The notes: generated from the letters alone by a model not told the origin. A stretch of DNA of 64,000 nucleotides from Chthoniobacter flavus (GCA_945878135.1 CAMDUL010000012.1:15637-79636), one strand, 5' to 3'. Shown: positions 8,869 through 18,387, numbered from the stretch's first letter. Made by a program: numbers and translations.

Positions 8869-9933
8869 ATGCTGCTGCGCCACCCCGGAGTTGTTGTGGA
8901 GGGTCTATGGAGACGGCACCGACCGGAGGCGCGAGCCAGACGCTTTGGCACCGCAGCGTCCACCCGCTCCCGCGGGGGTTTCAGCCTGATCAATGCCATC
9001 GCGGGCACCGCCATTCTCGCCGTTGTGGTAGCCGCCATTTTCTCGGCTGGCATCACCAACGAACATCGCCCGGCACGAAACCAGAAGATCGCCGCTCCCG
9101 GACAGCCCGCCGCCGAAGCCTTGCCTCCGCCCCGGGCCGGGACCATCGCGAGCGAATCCGGGGCCGGAGGGGGATTTGCCCCGGTTGCCTCGCCGGGGAA
9201 TGCCGCGACCCCGGCGAGGTCCTTGGACACCACGGAAAAGCGCCCCGCGGAAGACCGGGATGCCGTGGCCCGAGCCCTTCACACCTACCGCGAGACAGGG
9301 AAACTCCAGATGCTGCGGGACGCGCTGTTCCAATCGGCGGAACGGGATCCTGCCTCCGCCCTCGCCTCCCTCAGCGGCTTGCCCCTCAGCGATCGTTTGA
9401 AGATCGACATCGGGGGTGAAATTCTCGGTCACTGGACCGATTGCGCGCCTCAGGAAGCCGCCGCTTGGGCCGAGCAGAACCGGTGGACCGGTGAACTCGG
9501 CGGCCCGGTTGCCAAGGCGGCGGAGCAGTGGGCCCGCCGGGATCCGGCTGCAGCACTGCTCTGGGCCGCAGGCCTCGAACCGGGCCTCGACCAGATTGCG
9601 GCGCTCATCGCCGCCACCTCCCGCTGGTCGAAGACCGACTTGCACGCCGTCGCCGGCCATGTGAGCAGCCAACTGCGCGGCTTGCCGCGCGATGTCATGG
9701 CCGGAACCCTGGCGCGCGAATTCGGGCAGGAGGACCCGGCTGCCGGACTGCAATGGGCGCTGGCGGTCGATGACCCCACCGGTCGGGAACGCGCCGCCGC
9801 GGGAGCAATCGCCGATCTTCACGCCCGCGACCCGGCGCAGGCCGCGGGACTGCTGCAATCCGCCGGACTCACCCCGGACTTCCGTCAGGCCGTGGAGAAA
9901 CGTGTCGCCGGACCGCTCCCGTGGTGGCATTGA
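8869..9933 (+). CDS. hypothetical membrane-anchored protein with four RDPxxAxxW helical repeats
   Basis: Arg-rich N-terminus then GFSLINAIAGTAILAVVVAAIF (pilin-like hydrophobic anchor). Repeats ERDPASALASL, RRDPAAALLWAAGL, QEDPAAGLQWALAV and ARDPAQAAGLLQSAGL. No recognised enzymatic motif. Confidence 0.5.
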   Translation: MLLRHPGVVVEGLWRRHRPEARARRFGTAASTRSRGGFSLINAIAGTAILAVVVAAIFSAGITNEHRPARNQKIAAPGQPAAEALPPPRAGTIASESGAGGGFAPVASPGNAATPARSLDTTEKRPAEDRDAVARALHTYRETGKLQMLRDALFQSAERDPASALASLSGLPLSDRLKIDIGGEILGHWTDCAPQEAAAWAEQNRWTGELGGPVAKAAEQWARRDPAAALLWAAGLEPGLDQIAALIAATSRWSKTDLHAVAGHVSSQLRGLPRDVMAGTLAREFGQEDPAAGLQWALAVDDPTGRERAAAGAIADLHARDPAQAAGLLQSAGLTPDFRQAVEKRVAGPLPWWH

Positions 9934-9978
9934 TTTACAGCGGACCATGCGCCGCCGGCACCGATCTCGAACCGCCTT

Positions 9979-11775
9979 ATGACATCACTCCACACCACTT
10001 CATCCACGTTCACAAAATCGATACTGATCCTGGGCACCTGCCTGCTTGTCGCCGGCCTCGCACCCGTCGCCGCCGACCCGGAGACTTCCCACGCCGCGGA
10101 AGCCCGGGCCAAGACCGCGTGGCTTTGGGAATACCTCCGCGGGAATCCGCCCGCACCGGACAAGCTCGCGGAAATTTCCGTACTCTACCCGCAGCTCGAC
10201 CTCGAAGGCGCGGAAGCCTGCGACGGCCTCGCCTTCGCCACGCTCGCCGTGTGGCAGGACAAGGGGCCGGACCAGGCTGCGCGCCTCGCCGCCGCACTTT
10301 CCGGGGCCCACGCCGCGCGACGCGCGGCGGCACGCGAACGGCCCGTCACGACGGAGGAATCGGCGGAAGCACGGTCTAAAATTTGCTACCTCTTCGACCA
10401 CTTCGTCGAAACCGGACCAGCCCGCTCGAAAGTTCCCGTCCTTGTCGAAATGTATACCCGCCTGACGACGTATGACCGTTCGGCGGTGGACAACCGCCTC
10501 ACCGCCCAAGTCGGGACCCTGCGCGACACCGACGCGGCCCGCGCCGACGAATTGCAGGCTGTCCTCGAAACCATGCAGCAAGAGGGCGAGACCGTCGTTT
10601 TCCCCGCTGCGGCCCCCGGCGGCGCCACGGCCAAACCGAAAGCTTTCACCCCCTCCACCGACCAATGGCCGGCCCTGCAGGCCAACCTTATCCTCGGCAC
10701 GCAGGCCATCGGCGGACCCTACCAGTTTTCCGACCGGCCCTATCTGCTCGAGGTGGCACATGAGATCGCCGCGATGGGCTCGAACCTCATCAAGTTCAAC
10801 GCCGTCTTCGAAGGCGCCCCCTACAACATGGCCCGGGAGGAAGGCATCGCGAGTCTGTCGGACCTTTTCGACAAACATTCCGTCTACCGCGAGCTGATGA
10901 CCATGCCGTTCACTTATTACCACATCTGGACTTACCCGGCCGTGGAGACGAAATGGCAGGACGGTTTCGACGAGGCGGAGGAAAAAGCGCTCTACGACGA
11001 ACTTCGGGACTTTGCCGCCTACCTGCTCGCGAAATACAACGGCACCGGCAAGCAGTTCTACCTCGGTCACTGGGAGGGTGACTGGTATCTTTCGGGCGCC
11101 ACCGATCCCAAGGTCGATCCCACCCCGGAGCGCATCGCCGCCTTCACCCGCTATCTGCAGACCCGCCAGCGCGCCGTGGACGATGCGCGGCGCGAGACGC
11201 CGCACGAAAACGTCGCCGTCTTCAACTATGTTGAAGTCAACCAGGTGGTCAAAGGTCTCGACGGGACGCGTCCTACCGTGACCAATGCCGTGCTGGAAAA
11301 GGTCAACCCCGACTTTGTCTCCTACTCCTGCTATGACGTTCTGGCCGAGCCCGACCGCGCGGCGGCCCTGCACCGCGCCCTTGACGAGATCGAATCGAAA
11401 CTCTCCCCGAAGGACGGCATCGAAGGAAAAAGGGTCTTTGTCGGCGAATTCGCGGTCAAAGCCTCGCTGGCCGGTTTCGACGGGGAGAGGCACGCGGCGG
11501 CCAACCGTGAATTCCTCCGCGCCATCGTCGAGTGGGGTTGCCCCTTCGCCCTCTACTGGCAATTTTACTGCAACGAACGGAACCCGGACCACGCCCTCGG
11601 CCACGAAGGCTACTGGCTGGTCGATGCGCGGAACGAAAAAACACCGCTCTACGGGTTTTTCCGCGATTATTACCGGGAGTTGCGCGAGTTCATCGAGCGG
11701 GAGACCGCCGGCGGGAAGAGTCCGGACGCTGACGCCATCCGCGCCGAAGCCCTGCGCATTCTTCGACCGTCATGA
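9979..11775 (+). CDS. secreted protein, putative (beta/alpha)8 glycoside hydrolase of unassigned family
   Basis: Signal peptide MTSLHTTSSTFTKSILILGTCLLVAGLAPVAA. C-terminal ~400 aa has GH-A-clan-like spacing with candidate catalytic Glu in FYLGHWEGDWY and VFVGEFAV. The family is not recognised, so the product call is tentative. Confidence 0.55.
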   Translation: MTSLHTTSSTFTKSILILGTCLLVAGLAPVAADPETSHAAEARAKTAWLWEYLRGNPPAPDKLAEISVLYPQLDLEGAEACDGLAFATLAVWQDKGPDQAARLAAALSGAHAARRAAARERPVTTEESAEARSKICYLFDHFVETGPARSKVPVLVEMYTRLTTYDRSAVDNRLTAQVGTLRDTDAARADELQAVLETMQQEGETVVFPAAAPGGATAKPKAFTPSTDQWPALQANLILGTQAIGGPYQFSDRPYLLEVAHEIAAMGSNLIKFNAVFEGAPYNMAREEGIASLSDLFDKHSVYRELMTMPFTYYHIWTYPAVETKWQDGFDEAEEKALYDELRDFAAYLLAKYNGTGKQFYLGHWEGDWYLSGATDPKVDPTPERIAAFTRYLQTRQRAVDDARRETPHENVAVFNYVEVNQVVKGLDGTRPTVTNAVLEKVNPDFVSYSCYDVLAEPDRAAALHRALDEIESKLSPKDGIEGKRVFVGEFAVKASLAGFDGERHAAANREFLRAIVEWGCPFALYWQFYCNERNPDHALGHEGYWLVDARNEKTPLYGFFRDYYRELREFIERETAGGKSPDADAIRAEALRILRPS

Positions 11776-12596
11776 ACCGGCGCTCCTTCGCCGCCGTTTT
11801 CCTCCTGCTCGCCGTGACCGGTCCGGGGCGGACCGGCGAAGGCGCCGCGCACCGCACCGAGACCGGCCTGCCGTATCGCGACGACAACACGCCGGACAGC
11901 GCATGCCTGCTCGATATCCACTACCCGGAAAACGGCAAGGATCTTCCGGTCATCGTCTGGTTCCACGGCGGCGGACTGACCGAAGGCTCGCGGACCATCC
12001 CCGACGAGTTGCGCAACGGCGGTGTGGTCGTGATCTCCCCCGGCTATCGCTTGACCCCCGAAGTGCCCGTCAAAACATGCATCGAGGACGCCGCCGCGGC
12101 GCTCGCTTGGGCCTTCGCCCACGCCGCGCGTTACGGCGGATCGCCGGACAAGATCCATGTCAGCGGCGCTTCGGCTGGCGGTTATCTCGCCGCCATGGTC
12201 GGACTCGACAAGCAATACCTCGCCGCACACGGCCTCGATCCCGACCACCTCGCCGGATTGATTCCCCTCAGCGGCCAGATGATCACCCATTTCCGGGTGC
12301 GCCAGGAACGCGGCCTTCCGGACACCCAACCGGTGATCGACGAAATGGCCCCGCTCTACCACGTGCGGAAAGACGCTCCGCCCGTGCTGCTCGTCACCGG
12401 TGACCGGGAACTCGAAATGCTCGGTCGCTATGAGGAGAACGCCTACTTTGCCCGCATGATGAAAGTCGCGGGCCATCCGCGCGTCGAACTCATCGAAATC
12501 CAAGGCCACGACCACGGCGAGGTGATCCCCGCGGCCAACCGCCTGCTGCTGCAGCGCGTGGCAGCGGGCAACACCGCGGACGCGCCGGGTCGGTAG
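11772..12596 (+). CDS. alpha/beta hydrolase (fold-3 carboxylesterase type), secreted
   Basis: ATGA overlap with the upstream gene. Oxyanion HGGG (VWFHGGGLTEGS), nucleophile elbow GASAGG, signal peptide MNRRSFAAVFLLLAV. Confidence 0.8.
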   Translation: MNRRSFAAVFLLLAVTGPGRTGEGAAHRTETGLPYRDDNTPDSACLLDIHYPENGKDLPVIVWFHGGGLTEGSRTIPDELRNGGVVVISPGYRLTPEVPVKTCIEDAAAALAWAFAHAARYGGSPDKIHVSGASAGGYLAAMVGLDKQYLAAHGLDPDHLAGLIPLSGQMITHFRVRQERGLPDTQPVIDEMAPLYHVRKDAPPVLLVTGDRELEMLGRYEENAYFARMMKVAGHPRVELIEIQGHDHGEVIPAANRLLLQRVAAGNTADAPGR

Positions 12597-12630
12597 CAAG
12601 GGCAAAACCGCACCGGGCCAAGACTCCGCG

Positions 12631-13065
12631 TCAGGGCCGTGCTTCCTTCTCCCTTCTGCCCATCGGCATGGCGTCGATCTTGGCGAACACCTCCGCCAGG
12701 GGCACCACTGTCTCCCAGACAACTTTCACTTCCCCGTCGCGTCCGATCAGAAGCACCCGCCACTCCGCTGTGCGTAGACCGGGAGAAAGGCCGGCCATAA
12801 CGTCGACAGGCACCGCTTTCCCGTCCGGGAGCGGAACTTCGGGATGCCCGTCGCCCACCCACCGGACAATCAGGACATCGCGGAGCGCCAAACCTTCCGG
12901 GTCCGCGGCCAGAACCGCCTCCTGCTGCCGGAGTCGCGCGTCATCCGGCGAGGCCGCACGCACGAGAAGGACGCGACGCCCGTCGCGCCAGGAATCCCAG
13001 TCATCCGCCGAAGCATTCATGCCCGCCGCGCAGAAAAGCATCGCCAACCGGGCCGCGCGCCTCAT
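12631..13065 (-). CDS. DUF4174 domain protein (secreted)
   Basis: Signal peptide, WRDGRRVLLV...LRDVLIV...WRVLLIGRDGEVK...ID(A)MPMGRRE pattern recalled for DUF4174. 4-nt overlap with the upstream AKR gene. Confidence 0.65.
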   Translation of the reverse strand: MRRAARLAMLFCAAGMNASADDWDSWRDGRRVLLVRAASPDDARLRQQEAVLAADPEGLALRDVLIVRWVGDGHPEVPLPDGKAVPVDVMAGLSPGLRTAEWRVLLIGRDGEVKVVWETVVPLAEVFAKIDAMPMGRREKEARP

Positions 13066-14042
13066 TTGCCGTCATACCATTGTCCGCGCCGCCACTGATG
13101 CGCGAACAACGCCTGCTCAACGTCGTCCGAGATGGGCGGCAGATCGCCGACCGCGCAATTTCGCCGCGCCTGCTCCGGGTTGCGCATGCCGGCAATCACC
13201 GTCGAGACGGTCGCGGGCTTGAGGGCGAACTTCAGCGCGGCCGCGGCCAAATCCGGTTCGCGATCGCCGACCACAGCGCGGATTTTTTCCACGCGGGCCA
13301 CCGTCCGCGCCAGACGATCACCGGCAAAGTAACGTTGCCGGAAATCATCCCCGATGAATTGCGTCCCCGCGGTGAATTTCCCGGTCAGCGAACCCTCGTC
13401 CAAAGCGACGCGCACGATCACCCCGACCTTGTGCTCCGCGGCCAACGGCAGCAGCTCGGCCGCCGGGTCCTGCTCGAAAATGTTGTAGATGACCTGCACG
13501 GCATCGAGCCAACCGTCGCGCATCAGGTCGTTGAGCGCGTTCTGGTCGGGTTCCGGCGTGCTGATCCCGATGCCGAGGATTTTCCCCTCGCGCTGCAATT
13601 CGCGCAGCGTCTCCAAAGCGGACGGCGCCCGGTTCCACGCGCGCGTCCACGTGTGCAATTGCAGCAGATCAAGGCAATCCGTCTGCAAATTGCGCAGGCA
13701 CTCTTCGACTTTCGCGCGAAGGTAAGCGGCGGGAAAACGCTCCGTGATGTCGTCGCGCGGACCCGGCGGCCACGCGCCCGGCGCGGGCGGGATTTTGGTC
13801 GCCACATAGACCCGGTCGCCTCCGGATCTTTCACCCAGGACGCGCGCGATGACCCGTTCGCTGCGCCCGTTGCCGTAGGCCAGAGCCGTGTCGATGAAGT
13901 TGCAGCCGAGATCGAGGGCTTGATGCAGCGCGGCAACCGACTCGGCATCATCCTGCGGTCCCCAGCTCCCGCCGAGGGCCCAAGCCCCGAAGCCGATTTC
14001 CGAGACCGGCCAGCCGAGACGCCCGAAATTGCGGTAGCGCAT
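13062..14042 (-). CDS. aldo/keto reductase
   Basis: MRYRNFGRLGWPVSEIGFGAWALGG...LDLGCNFIDTALAYGNGRSE...GISTPEP. AKR hallmarks are present throughout. Confidence 0.9.
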   Translation of the reverse strand: MRYRNFGRLGWPVSEIGFGAWALGGSWGPQDDAESVAALHQALDLGCNFIDTALAYGNGRSERVIARVLGERSGGDRVYVATKIPPAPGAWPPGPRDDITERFPAAYLRAKVEECLRNLQTDCLDLLQLHTWTRAWNRAPSALETLRELQREGKILGIGISTPEPDQNALNDLMRDGWLDAVQVIYNIFEQDPAAELLPLAAEHKVGVIVRVALDEGSLTGKFTAGTQFIGDDFRQRYFAGDRLARTVARVEKIRAVVGDREPDLAAAALKFALKPATVSTVIAGMRNPEQARRNCAVGDLPPISDDVEQALFAHQWRRGQWYDGK

Positions 14043-14114
14043 GCCGCCGATCTTGCCAGCTTCCCCGCGCGGAAGCCACCCAGAGTTTCCGCGGCAGGCC
14101 CGGCGCGCCGGTCC

Positions 14115-14747
14115 TCAGCCGACTGCGTTGACCGCGCGCGAGAGCAGGACGGTGAGGATGACGATGGACAAAGCCACCTGCAGCATCATCAGCGCCTTGG
14201 CCCCGTGGCAGACAGGCACCTCGAGTGTCGGACCGAACGTGGTCGAGGTGTCGAACGCAAGGTAGACGTAATCGAACATTTTTGGCCGGTCCAATTGCCC
14301 TGTCCGCCCAGGGATAAGAAACGCGCCGCCCGGCGTGACCCGGTCGAGAATCCAGTAGCAGGCGGCGAAGGTCAGCACGGTCATGGCCCCGATCGCGCCG
14401 ACATCCCACAAGCTGGCCAATCCGGTGGCTTTGGCCGTGGCGCTGAACAACAGGGCGCCCACGTTCACCACCAAGTGCAGCAAGGCGAACGCGAGGTAAC
14501 CGGCCAACCCGGGCAGAATCAGGCGCGAATGCGGACGCAGCACGGCGAGCAAGATGAGGCCCAGAAGGAGCAACAGCAAAAAGGTGCTGCCGTAGTGGAA
14601 CGTCTGCACCACGGCGACTCCGGCCGCGTTGAGTTCCCCGGTGGAACAGAGCTTGTTGGTCACCGCCACATCCAGCAACTGCACCGCGATCATCAGGGCC
14701 GCGAGGCGCCAGTGCTCGTGCTGGGCAAAAGGATTATCGTCCGCCAT
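14115..14747 (-). CDS. integral membrane protein with K-channel-like pore-loop segment (non-canonical filter)
   Basis: Start taken at MADDNPFAQHEHW (ORF extends to 14834). About 5 TM helices. C-terminal FDYVYLAFDTSTTFGPTLEVPV...LMMLQVALSIVILTVLLSRAV resembles the pore helix/filter/inner helix of 2TM cation channels, but GYGD is replaced. Confidence 0.5.
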   Translation of the reverse strand: MADDNPFAQHEHWRLAALMIAVQLLDVAVTNKLCSTGELNAAGVAVVQTFHYGSTFLLLLLLGLILLAVLRPHSRLILPGLAGYLAFALLHLVVNVGALLFSATAKATGLASLWDVGAIGAMTVLTFAACYWILDRVTPGGAFLIPGRTGQLDRPKMFDYVYLAFDTSTTFGPTLEVPVCHGAKALMMLQVALSIVILTVLLSRAVNAVG

Positions 14748-14824
14748 TCCCCCCGCATACCTGCTTTCCCGCGACGCGGCGAGCGCTGCTTGCGCAAGTC
14801 CCCGCGCCAGCTGAAACTCCCCGC

Positions 14825-15652
14825 ATGGCCGCACCGGTCCGCATCGGCACCTCGGGCTGGTCCTACCCGGAGTGGCGGGGGAAGTTTTACCCGCGCGGCC
14901 TCGCGGCCAACCGTTGGCTGGCGCATTACGCCGCCCGCTTCGACACGGTGGAACTCAATGCATCGTTCTACCGCCTCCCCGCACCGGAGCAGTTCGCCCG
15001 GTGGGCGGAACAGGTGCCGGACGGATTTCTTTTCACGGTCAAAGCCTCACGCCAGATCACCCATCTCCACCGGCTCAAGGACTGCGGTGCGTTGCTCGCG
15101 AAGTTTTTCACAGCCGTGCGCGGATTGGGAGACAAGCTCGGTCCGGTCCTTTACCAGCTGCCACCGAAACTATCCTTCGATCCAGCCCTGCTCGCCGCGT
15201 TTGCCGGGCTGCTGCCCCGCGCGCTGTCCCATGTCATCGAGTTTCGCGATCCCTCGTGGTTCCGCGCCGAAACCTTCGGGATTCTGCGCGATCACCACAT
15301 CTCACTCTGCGTCTCCGACCTGCCCGGCAGCCCGGTTCCGCTCATCCTCACCGCCCCGCCCGCTTACCTGCGCTTCCACGGCGGCAAGCGCTACCGCGAC
15401 AGCTACCCGGCGTCCGCCCTGCAACAGACCGCCGCACAACTGCGCGTCTGGAGCGACGAGGAAACACCGTCGTTCGTTTATTTCAACAACACCGCAGCCG
15501 GACACGCCCCCGCCAACGCGTCCCTGCTGCAGAGTTCTCTTGAAGGCTTGGGAGGGCCCGAGGAGCGGGCAAAAGACAAGGGCAGCCCCGGTCCCCGCCC
15601 AAGGGATGGGGACGATAAAGAACATTGCCAGCCGGTAAAGTCAGGAGCATAG
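14825..15652 (+). CDS. DUF72 (YecE-like) family protein
   Basis: IGTSGWSYPEWRGKFYP...YAARFDTVELNASFYRLP...FLFTVKASRQITH...VLYQLPP...EFRDPSW...YLRFHG. Confidence 0.85.
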   Translation: MAAPVRIGTSGWSYPEWRGKFYPRGLAANRWLAHYAARFDTVELNASFYRLPAPEQFARWAEQVPDGFLFTVKASRQITHLHRLKDCGALLAKFFTAVRGLGDKLGPVLYQLPPKLSFDPALLAAFAGLLPRALSHVIEFRDPSWFRAETFGILRDHHISLCVSDLPGSPVPLILTAPPAYLRFHGGKRYRDSYPASALQQTAAQLRVWSDEETPSFVYFNNTAAGHAPANASLLQSSLEGLGGPEERAKDKGSPGPRPRDGDDKEHCQPVKSGA

Positions 15653-15670
15653 TCACAGGACCCACCTAGG

Positions 15671-17140
15671 ATGGATTTGCACCCCCAGACTGCCACCGCT
15701 CCTGCGGACCGCGTGCCCAGGCTGCAAAAATTCGCTTACGGCATCGGCTCGCTGGTCAACAACCTGCTCGGTGCGGCCATCGGTATGATGGCCATCGTCC
15801 TCAACCTCGGCTTGGGCATGGATCCAGTCGTCGTCGGCACCCTGATGGCCCTGCCTCGCTTGGTCGACGCTCTGACCGATCCGGTCATGGGCTACATTTC
15901 CGACCACTCCAAGCTGCGCTGGGGACGGCGGCGCCCCTATATTTTCTTCGGCGCCATCGCCTCCGGTCTGGTCTTCGCCCTGCTCTGGCAACTGCCCGCC
16001 GGCTACGGGGAGAACTTCTATTTCTGGTATTTCCTCATCGGGGCGAACTTTTTCTATCTCGCCTACACCGTGTATGCGACCCCGTGGGTCGCGCTGGGCT
16101 ATGAGATGACGCCCGACTACAACGAGCGCACCCGACTGATGGGCGTTTCGAACTTCATGGGCCAGTTCGCGTGGGTGGCTGTCCCTTGGTTCTACGCCTT
16201 CATGGAAAACGACCGGTTTTTTCCCGATTCGGTCACGGGTGCTCGCTGGCTCGCGGTCTATGTGGGCCTCTTCGTGGCCGTCTTCGGACTGGTGCCCGCG
16301 CTCCTCTGCCGCGAACGCATGCAGGCCATCGCGGAAAGCGAGGATCGCGCCGCGGAGGGAGGGTCGATGCTGCGCGGACTGGGAGCCAACCTTGCGGCTT
16401 TCTTCCAAGGGTTCCTTGCCACCATGCGGTTCGGTCCTTTCCTCCTGCTGTGCGGCGCCACCTTTCTCGTCTTCAACGGCTTCATGCTCGTGTCCGCGTT
16501 CAGTTCCTACGTCATCATCTATTACATCTACGGCGGGGACAAGGACCTCGGCGCGCAACTGATGGGTTGGAACGGCACCCTGTCGGCCATCGCGACATTC
16601 CTCGTCATCCTGCTCACTACCTGGCTGGGCACGCGCATCGGCAAAAAGAAAACCTTCTTCATCGCCACCGGTATTTCGGTCTTCGGTTACCTGCTCAAGT
16701 GGTTCTGCTACAGCCAGACCCATCCCTATTTGATCCTCCTGCCCACGCCATTCATCGCCTTCGGCCTCGGGGCGCTCTTCACGCTGATGGGCTCGATGGT
16801 CGCGGACGTCTGCGACTTCGACGAACTCCGGACCGGCCAGCGCCGGGAAGGCATGTTCGGAGCCGTTTTCTGGTGGGTGGTCAAACTCGGCATGGCCCTC
16901 GCCCTCGCCCTCTCCGGTTACGCCCTCAATTTCACCGGATTCGACGTCGCCCTCGGCGGCGGACAGTCCGAGCAGACCCTTTTCCTCATGCGCTTGCTCG
17001 ACGTGGGAGTGCCCGCCCTCGCCTCCCTTCTGGCCATCGCTCTCGTCGCCTGGTATCCGCTGACCGAAGCCATGGCGCGCGACGTGCGAGCGCAGTTGGA
17101 ACAGCGCCGCGGGAAGGCCGGCGCTCCATCATCAACATGA
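15671..17140 (+). CDS. MFS transporter, glycoside-pentoside-hexuronide:cation symporter (GPH/MelB-like)
   Basis: KFAYGIGSLVNNLL...LPRLVDALTDPVMGYISDHSKLRWGRRRPYIFFGAI is the GPH signature. 12 predicted TM helices. Confidence 0.85.
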   Translation: MDLHPQTATAPADRVPRLQKFAYGIGSLVNNLLGAAIGMMAIVLNLGLGMDPVVVGTLMALPRLVDALTDPVMGYISDHSKLRWGRRRPYIFFGAIASGLVFALLWQLPAGYGENFYFWYFLIGANFFYLAYTVYATPWVALGYEMTPDYNERTRLMGVSNFMGQFAWVAVPWFYAFMENDRFFPDSVTGARWLAVYVGLFVAVFGLVPALLCRERMQAIAESEDRAAEGGSMLRGLGANLAAFFQGFLATMRFGPFLLLCGATFLVFNGFMLVSAFSSYVIIYYIYGGDKDLGAQLMGWNGTLSAIATFLVILLTTWLGTRIGKKKTFFIATGISVFGYLLKWFCYSQTHPYLILLPTPFIAFGLGALFTLMGSMVADVCDFDELRTGQRREGMFGAVFWWVVKLGMALALALSGYALNFTGFDVALGGGQSEQTLFLMRLLDVGVPALASLLAIALVAWYPLTEAMARDVRAQLEQRRGKAGAPSST

Positions 17141-18189
17141 CAAAGACCGCCGCCCTGCTGATCCTCGCCACCGCCGCCACCGCGGCAGCCTTCTCACCGC
17201 AGCAACCGCCCGCCCTGATCGAAGGAGAATCCCTCGCCGTTTGTTACTCGGGATTCCGCCGCGGACAGCACCCGGACCGCGGAGAAGGCGCCCGGAATCC
17301 CTCGCGCGCGGAAATTCTCGAGGACCTCGAAATCCTCGCCGGACCGGCCGGCTTCCGGCTGCTGCGGCTTTATGACAGCCGGGAAAACTCCCGCACCGTC
17401 CTCGAACTCATCCGCGAGAAAAAACTCCCGCTCAAGGTCATGCTGGGAGCGTGGCTCGACGCCGAGGTCAGCACACACGGATCCTGCGCCTGGGTCAGCG
17501 AACCCGTGCCCGCGGAAAAACTCGCTGCCAACCGTCTGGCCAACGAAGAGGAAGTGGACCGGGCCATCGCACTCGCCCGCGAATTCCCCGACGTCGTCGC
17601 GGCGGTCAATATCGGCAACGAAACTTTGGTCGATTGGAACGACCACCGCGTTCCGGTGGAGCAACTCGTGAAATACCTGCAGCGGGCCCGCGAAGCGCTC
17701 GACCAACCGGTCACGACCGCGGAGAACTACGCGGCGTGGGTCCGCGACGCCGCCGCGCTCGCCGGGGCCGTGGATTTCGCCGGGGTGCACACTTACCCGG
17801 TTTGGGAAAACAAGACGATCGAAGAGGCCATGGACTTCACCCAAGCCAACCTTGCCGCCGTGCAAACCGCCTTGCCGGACGTGCCCTTGGCCGTTGTCGA
17901 GGCCGGTTGGGCCACCACCGCTTCCGAGTTTCCGACGCAAGCCGGCGAGGATAACCAAGCACGCTACTTCCGCGATTTGACCTCATGGGCGGCGGCCAAC
18001 AATGTCACTGTCTTCTGGTTCGAGGCCTTCGACGAGGATTGGAAGGGCGACACGGCCAATCCCGCGGGGGCGGAAAAACACTGGGGCCTCTACGACCTCG
18101 ACCGCCAGCCGAAAAAAGCCGCGCGCGAAGACTTGCCCTCCGCCCGCTCCGCAACAGCACCCGCCGCCACCCCAAGCGCCCAGCCGTAA
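17137..18189 (+). CDS. secreted glycoside hydrolase family 17-like beta-1,3-glucanase/transglycosylase
   Basis: ATGA overlap with the symporter stop. Signal peptide MTKTAALLILATAATAAA. CYSGFRRGQHPDRG...LLRLYD, acid/base NIGNE, nucleophile VVEAGWAT, and FWFEAFDEDWKG...EKHWGLY. Confidence 0.75.
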   Translation: MTKTAALLILATAATAAAFSPQQPPALIEGESLAVCYSGFRRGQHPDRGEGARNPSRAEILEDLEILAGPAGFRLLRLYDSRENSRTVLELIREKKLPLKVMLGAWLDAEVSTHGSCAWVSEPVPAEKLAANRLANEEEVDRAIALAREFPDVVAAVNIGNETLVDWNDHRVPVEQLVKYLQRAREALDQPVTTAENYAAWVRDAAALAGAVDFAGVHTYPVWENKTIEEAMDFTQANLAAVQTALPDVPLAVVEAGWATTASEFPTQAGEDNQARYFRDLTSWAAANNVTVFWFEAFDEDWKGDTANPAGAEKHWGLYDLDRQPKKAAREDLPSARSATAPAATPSAQP

Positions 18190-18314
18190 CCGCGCCGCTT
18201 CAAGCCAGACGCCGGAGGAAACGCCACGATGCGTGCGAGCGTGTTGGACATTTGTTATGCTTTTCGCACAAAAATCGACTCTTTGCGTCGCAAGTCGTTG
18301 ATTATCAGAGAAGG

Positions 18315-18387
18315 TGGCTAGGGAGGGAATCGAACCCCCGACACGAGGATTTTCAGTCCTCTGCTCTGCCAACTGAGCTACCTAGCC
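18315..18387 (-). tRNA. tRNA-Phe (anticodon GAA)
   Basis: Reverse complement reads GGCTAGGTAGCTCAGTTGGCAGAGCAGAGGACTGAAAATCCTCGTGTCGGGGGTTCGATTCCCTCCCTAGCCA. Cloverleaf with 7-bp acceptor stem, anticodon loop CTGAAAA and T-loop GGTTCGATTCC. CCA is not encoded. Confidence 0.95.

Noticed and set aside
8820-9419. Alternative-frame ORFs overlapping the 8869-9933 gene (8820-9419 +, 8905-9948 -).
   Set aside because: They are Arg/Pro/Gly-rich with no structure. The 8869 frame has a TM anchor and a periodic repeat pattern, so it was preferred, though only at moderate confidence.
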